Below, in pieces: positions 31,711 through 40,795 of a stretch of DNA of 53,213 bases. The stretch comes from a virus (taxonomy: Duplodnaviria > Caudoviricetes). How positions within the stretch are numbered: the stretch's first letter is position 1; every line of letters begins with the position of its first letter. The notes under the pieces were generated by a model. The model was not told where the DNA came from and made no database searches. It saw only the letters and a program-made list of their open reading frames with translations. The position numbers and the translations under genes were made by a program. The DNA lies in IMG/VR virus record IMGVR_UViG_3300021406_000015, positions 1-53,213 of that record. One strand, 5' to 3'.

Positions 31711-32049
31711 ATGCCGAAGGTCGTAAATGAAGTAACAGCGGAAGGATTTGAACTGGGGTACCATCTCGCGCGCTTTGTGGATGCGGAAGAGAAGAAAGAG
31801 CCGCTTCCCCATGGCCGCGAGCGGTGTCACAATTGCGCCTTCCGTCAAGGAACCTACCCTAACGGCTCACCAACGACCACCATGGACGCACTCAAATGCG
31901 CAATGGAGGGAACGACTTTTCTGTGTCACGAGGATTTACAACCATGTGCTGGTTGGGCTCTATTGAGACGTGCAGATCCCCAAAAGAAGTATAAGATTGA
32001 TTGGCCGTTTAGTGATGAAATTAGTCCAGAATCTGGAGGAAGTAAATGA
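31711..32049 (+). CDS. Cys-containing hypothetical protein
   Basis: CHNCAFR, FLCH, CAGW. Confidence 0.65.
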   Translation: MPKVVNEVTAEGFELGYHLARFVDAEEKKEPLPHGRERCHNCAFRQGTYPNGSPTTTMDALKCAMEGTTFLCHEDLQPCAGWALLRRADPQKKYKIDWPFSDEISPESGGSK

Positions 32050-32390
32050 GGAGATTGAATCACTGTCAGCCGAACCGCCGTATTATTCGCAAACCACACG
32101 AAGTTCTCCAACGAGCGATGTTACGCAAGATGCTGATGTGTCCTCCGCACTGGAGTGACATGTACTGTGAAGACTGTGTCAAGGAATTTTGCGAGAAGGC
32201 AGAACGCGACCGTCCCGGCCACGTATGGACGGTTGATGAAGGAAAAATAATCTATCTCGAAGACAAAGTAGTAGAGATGGGCCTCGGTCGCCCGTTGGCT
32301 CCAAATGAGAGTGTGATCCACAGAGACGATAATCCGCTCAATAACCGCCGAGAGAATCTAGAACTCATCGTCATCGAATCACTGGAGTAA
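32046..32390 (+). CDS. degenerate HNH_3-like protein
   Basis: LGRPL..NESVIHRDDNPLNNRRENL. Confidence 0.6.
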   Translation: MRRLNHCQPNRRIIRKPHEVLQRAMLRKMLMCPPHWSDMYCEDCVKEFCEKAERDRPGHVWTVDEGKIIYLEDKVVEMGLGRPLAPNESVIHRDDNPLNNRRENLELIVIESLE

Positions 32391-32397
32391 GAATCCC

Positions 32398-32955
32398 ATG
32401 ATGCACCACATCCGCCCTTACCAAATATTCGAGCGACTCATAGATACACAGATCACGGTCATGATCCCCACAGAATCCAGCGCTAAATCAAGATCCGTAA
32501 TGATGCTGGAAACTGCTCTACTGATCGCCGTAGCCAGACAGACCAACGTGTCATCGATCCTTGAAATAGGCACCGCATACGGTTATACAGCATTACATTT
32601 AGCTCGGAATACCGACGCTAATGTTACCACCGTAGACATCGACTCGCCTGTAGTTCGCATGTACAAGGGTGAGCCGGAAGAAGAGAGGATCAATGAAGTC
32701 TGCGCAGATTCAAAAACTCTTCCTACACGCAGTTATCAGATGATCTTCATTGACGGCGACCATTCGGCAAGTGGCATCATGGCTGACACGAAATACGCGT
32801 TCCAGTGCTCTCCATCAGTTGTCGCTTGGCACGACTACGGGAATGCAGACTATCCAGATGTAAAACCTTACCTCGACAAGGTAAGCGATGCGTATGAATT
32901 ATTTCACGTCAATGATTCATGGCTAGTGTTCTGGTTCCGGGAAGGTTTGGGATGA
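32398..32955 (+). CDS. class I SAM-dependent methyltransferase (Methyltransf_24-like)
   Basis: LEIGTAYG, IFIDGDHS, WHDY. Confidence 0.88.
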   Translation: MMHHIRPYQIFERLIDTQITVMIPTESSAKSRSVMMLETALLIAVARQTNVSSILEIGTAYGYTALHLARNTDANVTTVDIDSPVVRMYKGEPEEERINEVCADSKTLPTRSYQMIFIDGDHSASGIMADTKYAFQCSPSVVAWHDYGNADYPDVKPYLDKVSDAYELFHVNDSWLVFWFREGLG

Positions 32956-33620
32956 AAGACCTTCTTGTTATTATGTGCAACTCCACAGGCGAACTTCGGG
33001 GAACAATGCCGCTCTACTTGACACAACTTGAAGAGGCAGGTATCCACTACCACGTCGAGTCAATACCGCCGCCAGATTCAACGATTGCCTTCAAACTACG
33101 CGTGATCCGCAAGGTCATTCCTGAACACGCAGATTACGAATTTCACATCTTCACAGACGCCTTTGATGTGCAATTTCTAGGACAAAAGGAGCACATCCTC
33201 AAACAAATTCCACGCGATGGAATTCTTCTCGCCGCAGAGAAGAACTGTCATCCTCCAGAATGCAAGGCATTGAAGATTCCCGATGTAGGCCCATGGATGT
33301 ATGCCAATGGTGGCCTGTGGGCAGGAACACCTGAAAGCATCTTGAACTGGTGTGATGAGATCGAAGCACATCCGCTCTATCGTCCAGACAAAATCGATCA
33401 GTTACTCTATAACGAACTACTGGCCGAGGGATCTGAACTCGCACGCATTGACTTCAAGACAACACTATTCTTCTGCCTGTACAGTGGGTACCCTGAACTT
33501 GACTTTGCTTCCGGAATGCCCATCAACACACGCTACTGCACGTTCCCGTCATTTATCCATGCGAACGGCTGCTGGTCCTCAAAAGAAATGGTGGAAAAAT
33601 ATGAAAGGAGCCTTCTATGA
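32952..33620 (+). CDS. PLOD-like GT-A glycosyltransferase
   Basis: FTDAFDV, AAEKNCHP, YANGGLWAG, DQ..Y, IHANG. Confidence 0.8.
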   Translation: MKDLLVIMCNSTGELRGTMPLYLTQLEEAGIHYHVESIPPPDSTIAFKLRVIRKVIPEHADYEFHIFTDAFDVQFLGQKEHILKQIPRDGILLAAEKNCHPPECKALKIPDVGPWMYANGGLWAGTPESILNWCDEIEAHPLYRPDKIDQLLYNELLAEGSELARIDFKTTLFFCLYSGYPELDFASGMPINTRYCTFPSFIHANGCWSSKEMVEKYERSLL

Positions 33621-34279
33621 TTCCTCTGTTTATCCCGGTAGTTAACAGGATGGACCTTCTCGACAAGGCCATTCGCAGTACATGGAAGAGCGGCGTCGAA
33701 ACCATTGTCATCAACAATTCCAACGAATGGAGTATCCCCTGCGCCACTGCGACGACTGTTTATGAGCCGCCAGTACCCTTGACTTTCGCGCAGTCTCAGA
33801 ATTTTATGTTGCGCCAAGCTCTAGGCTACGACTACATCCACGGTCGCTCCGAATCAGTCAAACATCCGTTTTACTTATTTATGCATAATGACTCAGAGGC
33901 AGGAGAAGGCACCGTTCAAAAGCTTGTTGCGATGGCAAATGCCTACACTATACAAAAACGCAATTGGGGTGTAATTTTCACGGCTTATGATGCTCTCGCA
34001 GCCTTCAACACGAAGGCTTTCCAACAAATAGGCGGGTGGGATCAGAACCTTGAGTGGTATCACGGGGACACCGATATTTACAGGCGTTTACGCCTTGCGG
34101 GTTACGAGATGTTGGAATCAAATCTTCCGGTCAAACACGAGCCCTCACAGACACTCAATTCAGATCCTATGATCAGCATGAAGGTTAATCTTATGTTTCC
34201 GTGTAGAGTTAATTACTATCGCGCTAAATGGGGAGGCGATGCCGGAAACGAAACGTTCATCACTCCTTTCAACAGATAG
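33617..34279 (+). CDS. GT2-like glycosyltransferase
   Basis: IPVVNR, FMHND, IGGWD...Y..DTD..RRLRLAG, KWGG. Confidence 0.82.
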   Translation: MIPLFIPVVNRMDLLDKAIRSTWKSGVETIVINNSNEWSIPCATATTVYEPPVPLTFAQSQNFMLRQALGYDYIHGRSESVKHPFYLFMHNDSEAGEGTVQKLVAMANAYTIQKRNWGVIFTAYDALAAFNTKAFQQIGGWDQNLEWYHGDTDIYRRLRLAGYEMLESNLPVKHEPSQTLNSDPMISMKVNLMFPCRVNYYRAKWGGDAGNETFITPFNR

Positions 34280-34335
34280 CGCTACAATAAGGCATCCGAA
34301 AACCCGGCGGTCCGGGAGCCGCAAGCGAGGACCGT

Positions 34336-34536
34336 ATGCCTGTTATGTTGTCTCCTGAAGAGTTGGCGAAGTGGGCTGAAGAGAGAGCGCTCCAACAGGG
34401 GAATTTCAAGTTGCCGGAAGAGAAGCTGATGCTGATGTTTGACTTTCTGAAGAAGATTCACTACCACATCCTTTCTATTGAAATTCAGGATGCGTGCAAA
34501 AAGCGAGCGGGATTTCCGGGGATCGAACGGAACTAA
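34336..34536 (+). CDS. hypothetical protein
   Basis: GAGG RBS, 66 aa. Confidence 0.5.
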   Translation: MPVMLSPEELAKWAEERALQQGNFKLPEEKLMLMFDFLKKIHYHILSIEIQDACKKRAGFPGIERN

Positions 34537-34556
34537 GCAACAATGGGAGAGAAGAA

Positions 34557-34889
34557 ATGAACAAGTTGACGCCCGAGCAGTACATCGCAGCACGGCAGAT
34601 GATTGATGTGGAAATTATCGGAGCGTTAGACCAACATAAAGGGAAAATCCTCGATAGTTGGTATGACAAACTGGCTTCTATCCTGCAATTTCACGATCCA
34701 GACGCACCGACGTCAACGGGACGTGCGCTAATCGGAGAGTCGATGACCGTCGCAGAGTTGATTGGGCATCTGAAAACGCTGCCGCAGCACTACATCGTGA
34801 AGTCTGGGACCGTCAATGGTCTCGCCGACGAAGATGTGAAGCCGGACTTCGTAACGGCCAACCATGAGCGAAAAGTTGTAGTAATATGA
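34557..34889 (+). CDS. hypothetical protein
   Basis: MTVAELI..LKTLP motif. Confidence 0.55.
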   Translation: MNKLTPEQYIAARQMIDVEIIGALDQHKGKILDSWYDKLASILQFHDPDAPTSTGRALIGESMTVAELIGHLKTLPQHYIVKSGTVNGLADEDVKPDFVTANHERKVVVI

Positions 34890-34992
34890 ATCCGCCAAGA
34901 ACGTATGAAGTCCAGATTCTGGACGAAAGGATAAGGGAATAAGCAACGATTTCGAAGACGGCCTTTTCTCTGGATGCGCTTCAACCAGCGCT

Positions 34993-35322
34993 ATGCCAAC
35001 AAACTCTGAACCGATCACGTTAGAGTACCTTCTGAAAATGAAGGCAGAATTTGACGCCAAGTTTCCTGAACCACTCAAGTTCAAGAACGGCGCAGACATG
35101 AGTCCTGAAACCTTTGCGGCTCTTGGAATTCCTATGGTGACTAAGGATGATGCAAAACCGTGGCTAGACCCTTATCTCCATCACCGTATTACCGGCATTG
35201 ACATTCACATCGTTCCCGGCTTGGAGTTTGGAGATGTGCAAGAGTGCCGATGCCAAGAACGCGCAGACTACATTAAATCTCTCAAAGAGACTCCACCCGA
35301 ACAAACCCATACCGACCGCTAG
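34993..35322 (+). CDS. hypothetical protein
   Basis: 109 aa ORF. Confidence 0.55.
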   Translation: MPTNSEPITLEYLLKMKAEFDAKFPEPLKFKNGADMSPETFAALGIPMVTKDDAKPWLDPYLHHRITGIDIHIVPGLEFGDVQECRCQERADYIKSLKETPPEQTHTDR

Positions 35323-36205
35323 GCTCTGCACCACCATGGCAATTTGAGCGAAAAATGCAAGGCCGAGGAAAATCACAGGTCGAAAGATTTTGAATTGGCA
35401 GCACTTTAGTTTCTGCCATTTTGTCCAGTTTCTGGACGGCTAGATCAATAACATGATCTCGGGCCGACTTCTCGGGAACTGGTAAATCAACCAAAAGCAA
35501 GGAATCCTGCAAAACGCCATCATCCAGCATCGATTGCAGCCATGCTTGGCTGGAGATTTGATCATGATCTTCTCGCCAGCATTGAATCCAAGTATCTTTA
35601 AATCTACTGCTTATGTCGTTGCGTTTTCGGAATCTAATCGTCTTGTTGGCTGGATGCATAACAGCCTTACTCCAATATCCGTAATACTTTCCACTTCGAT
35701 GGGCACCAAGAATCACGACGGCGATTTGAAGTGGCAAACCATGGATACAGACATTTGCAAGGCTGGCCCAGCTTCGAAGGACACTGTAATGGCGGTTTTC
35801 ATCCCATGCACTGACGAAAATAACCCGCCGTAGATGTGTCCCGGAGGTGTCTAGGTACACGTCCGAGGTCCATGTATGACCCTTTCCTATCTCTACCGGC
35901 TCTGACGGCCTCCATGGGCCTCCCTTACGTAGAGCGGTGGTCACAACGTCGGCTATGCAGGCAAGGTGAACAACCTCTGAATGCACGTCCATCTGGGTGC
36001 TTATCAACTGGTGGTCGGCTCCTAAGCCGTATACTTCTTCCCCAGCGACTTCACCTATATCTTTTCGGATTGCCTCGGTAACGCCAGCCCGGACGCCGAT
36101 CTGAAGCATTTGAGTTGTCGAGAGCTTATTTGATTCCCACGCCCGCATCCAAAATGCCTTTCTCGGGCATTCTTCGTAGGCTGTCAAAATCTCATCAGTT
36201 GTCAT
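35282..36205 (-). CDS. divergent Cas4/PD-(D/E)XK-like protein
   Basis: N-terminal YEECPRKAFW and C-terminal CDFPRPCIFRSNC (1+3 Cys pattern); catalytic motif not recognisable. Confidence 0.6.
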   Translation of the reverse strand: MTTDEILTAYEECPRKAFWMRAWESNKLSTTQMLQIGVRAGVTEAIRKDIGEVAGEEVYGLGADHQLISTQMDVHSEVVHLACIADVVTTALRKGGPWRPSEPVEIGKGHTWTSDVYLDTSGTHLRRVIFVSAWDENRHYSVLRSWASLANVCIHGLPLQIAVVILGAHRSGKYYGYWSKAVMHPANKTIRFRKRNDISSRFKDTWIQCWREDHDQISSQAWLQSMLDDGVLQDSLLLVDLPVPEKSARDHVIDLAVQKLDKMAETKVLPIQNLSTCDFPRPCIFRSNCHGGAEPSGRYGFVRVESL

Positions 36206-36268
36206 TGAGAGGGATTACGTGGGGCGGTCGGCATAGGCACCAAATATCCGCTTCGTATACAATAACCT

Positions 36269-36829
36269 ATGCTTACTAAACTTGCCAAGGTTGATGGCAA
36301 GACGGTGCTCCTCGGATCAAACGATGGTTGCGTCGTTTCGCCTAAGCGTCAATTCCTTCTAAACAATCTCTCCGATCATCGCAAGCGTATTCCAACGCCA
36401 GCCGAAAAGAAGATGCTTTGGCACCTTAATGTGTTCTGTCGAATGCTCAATAAGAACCTTAGATACCGTCGCGAAATGCCAATCCATTTCTCTTCTACTA
36501 TCGGGCGTGTGGTTGACTTGGCTATTCCTAGCCACAAGATTTTGATTGAAATCGATGGACCTATACATACCTCAATTATCACGAAAGCTACAGATGAATG
36601 GAAGGATTCTATGGCTTTCGATTGTGGATGGAAAACACTTCGATTCACAAATAAACAGGTGTTTGAAGAAATTGGTACAGTGATGTCTATTCTCGCGACA
36701 TCTTTGTTGGCATGTAAACGCCGATTATCCTTTGAAAACCAAGCCAAGTTGAGAGCCATCCAGGCCGAACTATCAACTGGTTCCGAGTGGGAGAAAATGG
36801 TCGGAGACTTTATAAAGACAAACAAGTAG
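36269..36829 (+). CDS. DUF559/Vsr-like endonuclease
   Basis: TPAEK..W, VDL, LIEIDG.IH, GWKTLRFTN..V. Confidence 0.85.
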   Translation: MLTKLAKVDGKTVLLGSNDGCVVSPKRQFLLNNLSDHRKRIPTPAEKKMLWHLNVFCRMLNKNLRYRREMPIHFSSTIGRVVDLAIPSHKILIEIDGPIHTSIITKATDEWKDSMAFDCGWKTLRFTNKQVFEEIGTVMSILATSLLACKRRLSFENQAKLRAIQAELSTGSEWEKMVGDFIKTNK

Positions 36830-36889
36830 CAACCGAGGGAAGGGGTCTGTCCAGAATCTAGATAAAAGCGCATACGTTCCCCGTGGAAA

Positions 36890-37090
36890 CTATTCATCCT
36901 CGTCGTCGGACTCAGATTCAGCGCGAGCGTCGATAATTGCTTGAACAACCTCGGACGCCTCGTATGGCAGAACGTGCCCATCCATCGCACCCTCGCCGGT
37001 AACGTATAGAAGGCACCTTTTCTCATCAATTGCCTTCACAATTTTGACTTCGAACGGATCTACCCAAAAGCCTTCTACCAGTTCAATCAT
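36890..37090 (-). CDS. hypothetical protein
   Basis: 66 aa, coupled overlap. Confidence 0.55.
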   Translation of the reverse strand: MIELVEGFWVDPFEVKIVKAIDEKRCLLYVTGEGAMDGHVLPYEASEVVQAIIDARAESESDDEDE

Positions 37091-37956
37091 GGAATCACCG
37101 TATTCACTTTCTTGGTGGGATTGAGACGCTTTGCCTGTTCGAGGAGCGCACGCGCTGAAGTCGGTTGTGTTTTTCCTCCAATCAACGGATCGGCAGGAAG
37201 CATTCCTAAACCGGGAGTATCGTAGCGCGGCAGTCCGGGTGCTTCGGGACTTGTTTCTATACTGACTGGTTTCTGTAATCCGACAAATTCCAGCAACGAA
37301 TTACGATTCAGATCTTCACTCATTCCCGGCATGTCCGCTAGCTGTTTGATGAATGGATGATACGCCTGTTGAAGCATATACATCCGCTTTTCGTCGGCCT
37401 GCGTAATCTTTCCGGTCGCGGCCTTTTTGAGATATTGATCGTGATACGCCTTGTAGTCCTTAACAATTTCAGCTTGCTGTTCAGCATTAAAATCAGAAAC
37501 TGTCTTTCCTTGGCTTCTCGCTTTGACCAATCCTGCGATGCCGCCATATTCATAGGGAGAGCGGCCCTCCCCAACAATCGGGACGGAGATCGGCGATAAT
37601 TCTTTGTTACGAGTATCCTGAAATGTATGAGTTAATTCGTGATTAAGAATCGGCGGTCCATAGAGGTCAGGAGCCAATACCGAGATCCTGTACGGATCTT
37701 CCGAATTAACCTTGGCAGTCGAGCGCCTGTCTTCGTAGGTTTCCGGAGCGGTGACAACCTGTCTCACCTTGCTCATATCTAACTTTTGTTTAAGGAATGT
37801 GGGGACAGCGTCGTATCCCGGCATCTCATCGTCTTCGGTTTCTTTATGACCACGTATGGCCGCAATGATTTGGTCGTCTCGGAAACCGCCCGGAAACGAG
37901 ATGATGCCTAACCCATCCACATGCACTAATTTCGCTTTGTCTTGAGGGTCGGGCAC
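37087..37956 (-). CDS. HExxH metallopeptidase-like protein
   Basis: LNHELTHTFQ ... FNAEQQAEIV. Confidence 0.65.
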   Translation of the reverse strand: MPDPQDKAKLVHVDGLGIISFPGGFRDDQIIAAIRGHKETEDDEMPGYDAVPTFLKQKLDMSKVRQVVTAPETYEDRRSTAKVNSEDPYRISVLAPDLYGPPILNHELTHTFQDTRNKELSPISVPIVGEGRSPYEYGGIAGLVKARSQGKTVSDFNAEQQAEIVKDYKAYHDQYLKKAATGKITQADEKRMYMLQQAYHPFIKQLADMPGMSEDLNRNSLLEFVGLQKPVSIETSPEAPGLPRYDTPGLGMLPADPLIGGKTQPTSARALLEQAKRLNPTKKVNTVIP

Positions 37957-37993
37957 ACGGAAAGTATATCCCTAAACCTAAGAAGTTGTTGGA

Positions 37994-38260
37994 TTAGCTA
38001 ATCCAACACTTTATCCATCGGTCTGATAATTGAACGTTCAACTTCTCTAAGTCGAGTCCACGATCCTCTGCACTCTGCAACGCAGACCTCAGCGTCTTAA
38101 CAAGACGTGGGCTTAACTGAACTTTACTACCTGAAATAACGACGAGATCCGCCTGCCTATCGCTTTGGCTGGTTTCTCCTGAATTTTGCGCTTTAGTCGT
38201 AACGGCTACTGCCGCAATTCCTGCCGCCATCACACTCTTTGAAAAAGTACGTCTATCCAT
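37994..38260 (-). CDS. small protein with twin-arginine-like signal
   Basis: MDRRTFSKSVMAAGIAAVAVTTKA; AAGGAGG RBS. Confidence 0.6.
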   Translation of the reverse strand: MDRRTFSKSVMAAGIAAVAVTTKAQNSGETSQSDRQADLVVISGSKVQLSPRLVKTLRSALQSAEDRGLDLEKLNVQLSDRWIKCWIS

Positions 38261-38401
38261 TACACCCCTCCTTATCTGTGAAAGGCGCGGGGGGCAACCC
38301 GCGCCTTTGGCCTTGCTTATGTCAAGCGTTCCTGCGTCTATACCCTTTAACGTCCTCTTGAACGCAAGTTTAGCATAAAATTATAAAAACACACCATTAT
38401 G

Positions 38402-40795
38402 TTACTGCACTGGCACTATGGTTCCACTCGATTCATCGTAGTAGTGGGTTGCACTGGGATGAACGCCAGCGGGGACAGCTTGCGAGGATGGCGGTGCCAT
38501 CCCTGCCTTACTGAAACTCTTTTGAAGCTCCTCAGCTTGTTTTAGAAGCTCGGTTGGGCCTTCCTTTATCTGATTCACAAGTTCAGATACGCTATCCGAC
38601 TTCTCATTATTCTGGGAAACTATTCCGCCTTTTAAAAATGCAGACACCGCAGGAGAAACCGCGATTGGCCTCTTTTGAGCTGCCGCTTGTCTCAAAACCT
38701 CACTCAGTCCATTGACAATATGGATACGATCTGCAAAAGGAACTTTCTGTAATGTTTCCAATTCTCCTTTGGGTGGTTTCGTAAACCACGCCCTTACTTT
38801 CGGATCATCGAGCATGTGCTGAATCATAAATGGAGTCATTTCAGCAACAGCATAGGCAGCTCCAATGTCACCGACTAAAGGGTGGTTTGTAGTTAATCCA
38901 ATAATGACTCCAATTGGCCCAGTCAACAATCTAGCAATTTGCCAGCGGCTTACATCTGTCCAACTCGCCAGCTTCTTATCAATGAAATCATCACGCATTT
39001 TCTGTGTATCAACTTCGGGGATTTCAACTGGCTCTTGTTTCAACTTTTCAACCGTTTGTATCCCCGGCGCAATTGGTGGCTCTTTGATCATCCCACGAGC
39101 AGTAGTGTCACTTGGAAGCGCATCCAATACTTCTTTCGACCTGTCAATCGCCTCTCCAAGCCTTCCAATTTCTGGATCATAAGATGCCAACATTGCACGA
39201 CGATCATCCTCGCCAGAGTCACGCATAAAATCAGAGGAGGTAGTTGTCTGTGATTTTCTCGCCACTGTATTTGTTTCTCTTATTGGATCATGAAACGTCT
39301 CCATGTAGTGACGATAAAATGCGCGGTCGGATTTTACCTGATCTCCAACACCAAAATTATCAGCAATCTTTTGCAGACCGTCATCCACAACTTCCAATGC
39401 AGCTTTATATCCCTGATATTCGTCGCCGGGGAGATGACCTCCTGACAATTGCTTTCCTATTTCTGAACGATATCCTTGTAAATCTCGCCATGTCATCGGA
39501 TCGCTTGAGTTCATACGATCCTGAATACTCTTGATGATTTTAGGAAGTGCCCCTTCTGTGCCAGTAATACGGCTTTCATAGGCACTAACAATACGATCTG
39601 AAACATTCAGATCATTCAGGGCACCGGGAGTAATATCGGGAGGAATTGTTTCATCATTCAACAACTGACGCTGGTCGTCATATCGCTTATCGGCTTCTGC
39701 TTTAGCCTTCTTCTGCGCATCGATAATACGACGATTACGTTCCTTGGATTGCAATTCTATGTGATCCTCAAGACCTTTACGCGCATCAGGTATGGCTTTA
39801 GCTGCTTCGTTTTGTCTATCTGAATCTGTGCTTTCTTTACGAAATTTAGCAGTGTTTTCACGGTTGGCTTCGCGTGCCACTTTACCTGCATCCCGATGTT
39901 TTCCTTGAGCTTCAATGTTTTCCTTTTCAACTTTCTCAGCTTCCTTGTTTGCGTCCTCAGCAGCCTTTATCACTCCCCTCTTTACAACTCTTCCCCCTGC
40001 TCCCAACATTGTTTGAGCAACATTATGTACAGCGGGAATTTTTGCCATAACTTTTGCGACGTCTTTTGGTAGATGAGGTGCTTCATATATAGATAAAGCG
40101 CCTAAGCCTACTCCGAGTAGTCCCCACCAATCACGTGCAGCTATTTTCTCCGCAGATTGCTCGCGTACTTGCTCTGCCCACGGCCCAACTCCCGGTATGA
40201 TCGCTGCACCACCATGCATGGCTGCTTCGTATGGTTGTCCGCTCTTTACTGCTTTAAGAGATTTCTCACCCTCTTCTACTTGTGGCTCGATTAGACGTGT
40301 GACAGGTCCGCCAGCCGCCGCAATTGGTGTATTAAATGCCGAATGAGACTTTTCATATTCATTTGTTCTCGGATCAAAAACTGCTGCTGCACCTTTTAGT
40401 GCAGATAGGAGATCGGAACTATAAGTCTTCCACAAACCTTGTTTATCATCCTCTGGAGCCACCATAGGCTGACCGGCAGTATTTCTGCCGACAACCTTGA
40501 CCCCGCTAGAAACTGCAATGTCCTTGAGAGCGGGATCGGCGGCAGCGTCACGCATGTACGTCTTCGCGTGTTCGGGAGTCAGCCTGTAACCGACTTTGAA
40601 CGCAGGACCGACGTTGATGTACGGAATCTTCTGTATTTTGCCGCTCTTATCGGTCATGTCATACAGACCATAGCCTTTGCCTGTGTTTGGGTCTATTTTA
40701 TTGACCGTAAAATCAGGCGGACGAACCTCATACTCGTCAGACTTGGACGATGGCGGACGGATCTCGTAATCGTTGTCTACTGCGGAGGCGACCAT
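38402..40795 (-). CDS. probable internal virion (ejection) protein
   Basis: 797 aa, helical and Ala-rich with hydrophobic segments; position after tail genes as in podoviruses (inference). Confidence 0.6.
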   Translation of the reverse strand: MVASAVDNDYEIRPPSSKSDEYEVRPPDFTVNKIDPNTGKGYGLYDMTDKSGKIQKIPYINVGPAFKVGYRLTPEHAKTYMRDAAADPALKDIAVSSGVKVVGRNTAGQPMVAPEDDKQGLWKTYSSDLLSALKGAAAVFDPRTNEYEKSHSAFNTPIAAAGGPVTRLIEPQVEEGEKSLKAVKSGQPYEAAMHGGAAIIPGVGPWAEQVREQSAEKIAARDWWGLLGVGLGALSIYEAPHLPKDVAKVMAKIPAVHNVAQTMLGAGGRVVKRGVIKAAEDANKEAEKVEKENIEAQGKHRDAGKVAREANRENTAKFRKESTDSDRQNEAAKAIPDARKGLEDHIELQSKERNRRIIDAQKKAKAEADKRYDDQRQLLNDETIPPDITPGALNDLNVSDRIVSAYESRITGTEGALPKIIKSIQDRMNSSDPMTWRDLQGYRSEIGKQLSGGHLPGDEYQGYKAALEVVDDGLQKIADNFGVGDQVKSDRAFYRHYMETFHDPIRETNTVARKSQTTTSSDFMRDSGEDDRRAMLASYDPEIGRLGEAIDRSKEVLDALPSDTTARGMIKEPPIAPGIQTVEKLKQEPVEIPEVDTQKMRDDFIDKKLASWTDVSRWQIARLLTGPIGVIIGLTTNHPLVGDIGAAYAVAEMTPFMIQHMLDDPKVRAWFTKPPKGELETLQKVPFADRIHIVNGLSEVLRQAAAQKRPIAVSPAVSAFLKGGIVSQNNEKSDSVSELVNQIKEGPTELLKQAEELQKSFSKAGMAPPSSQAVPAGVHPSATHYYDESSGTIVPVQ

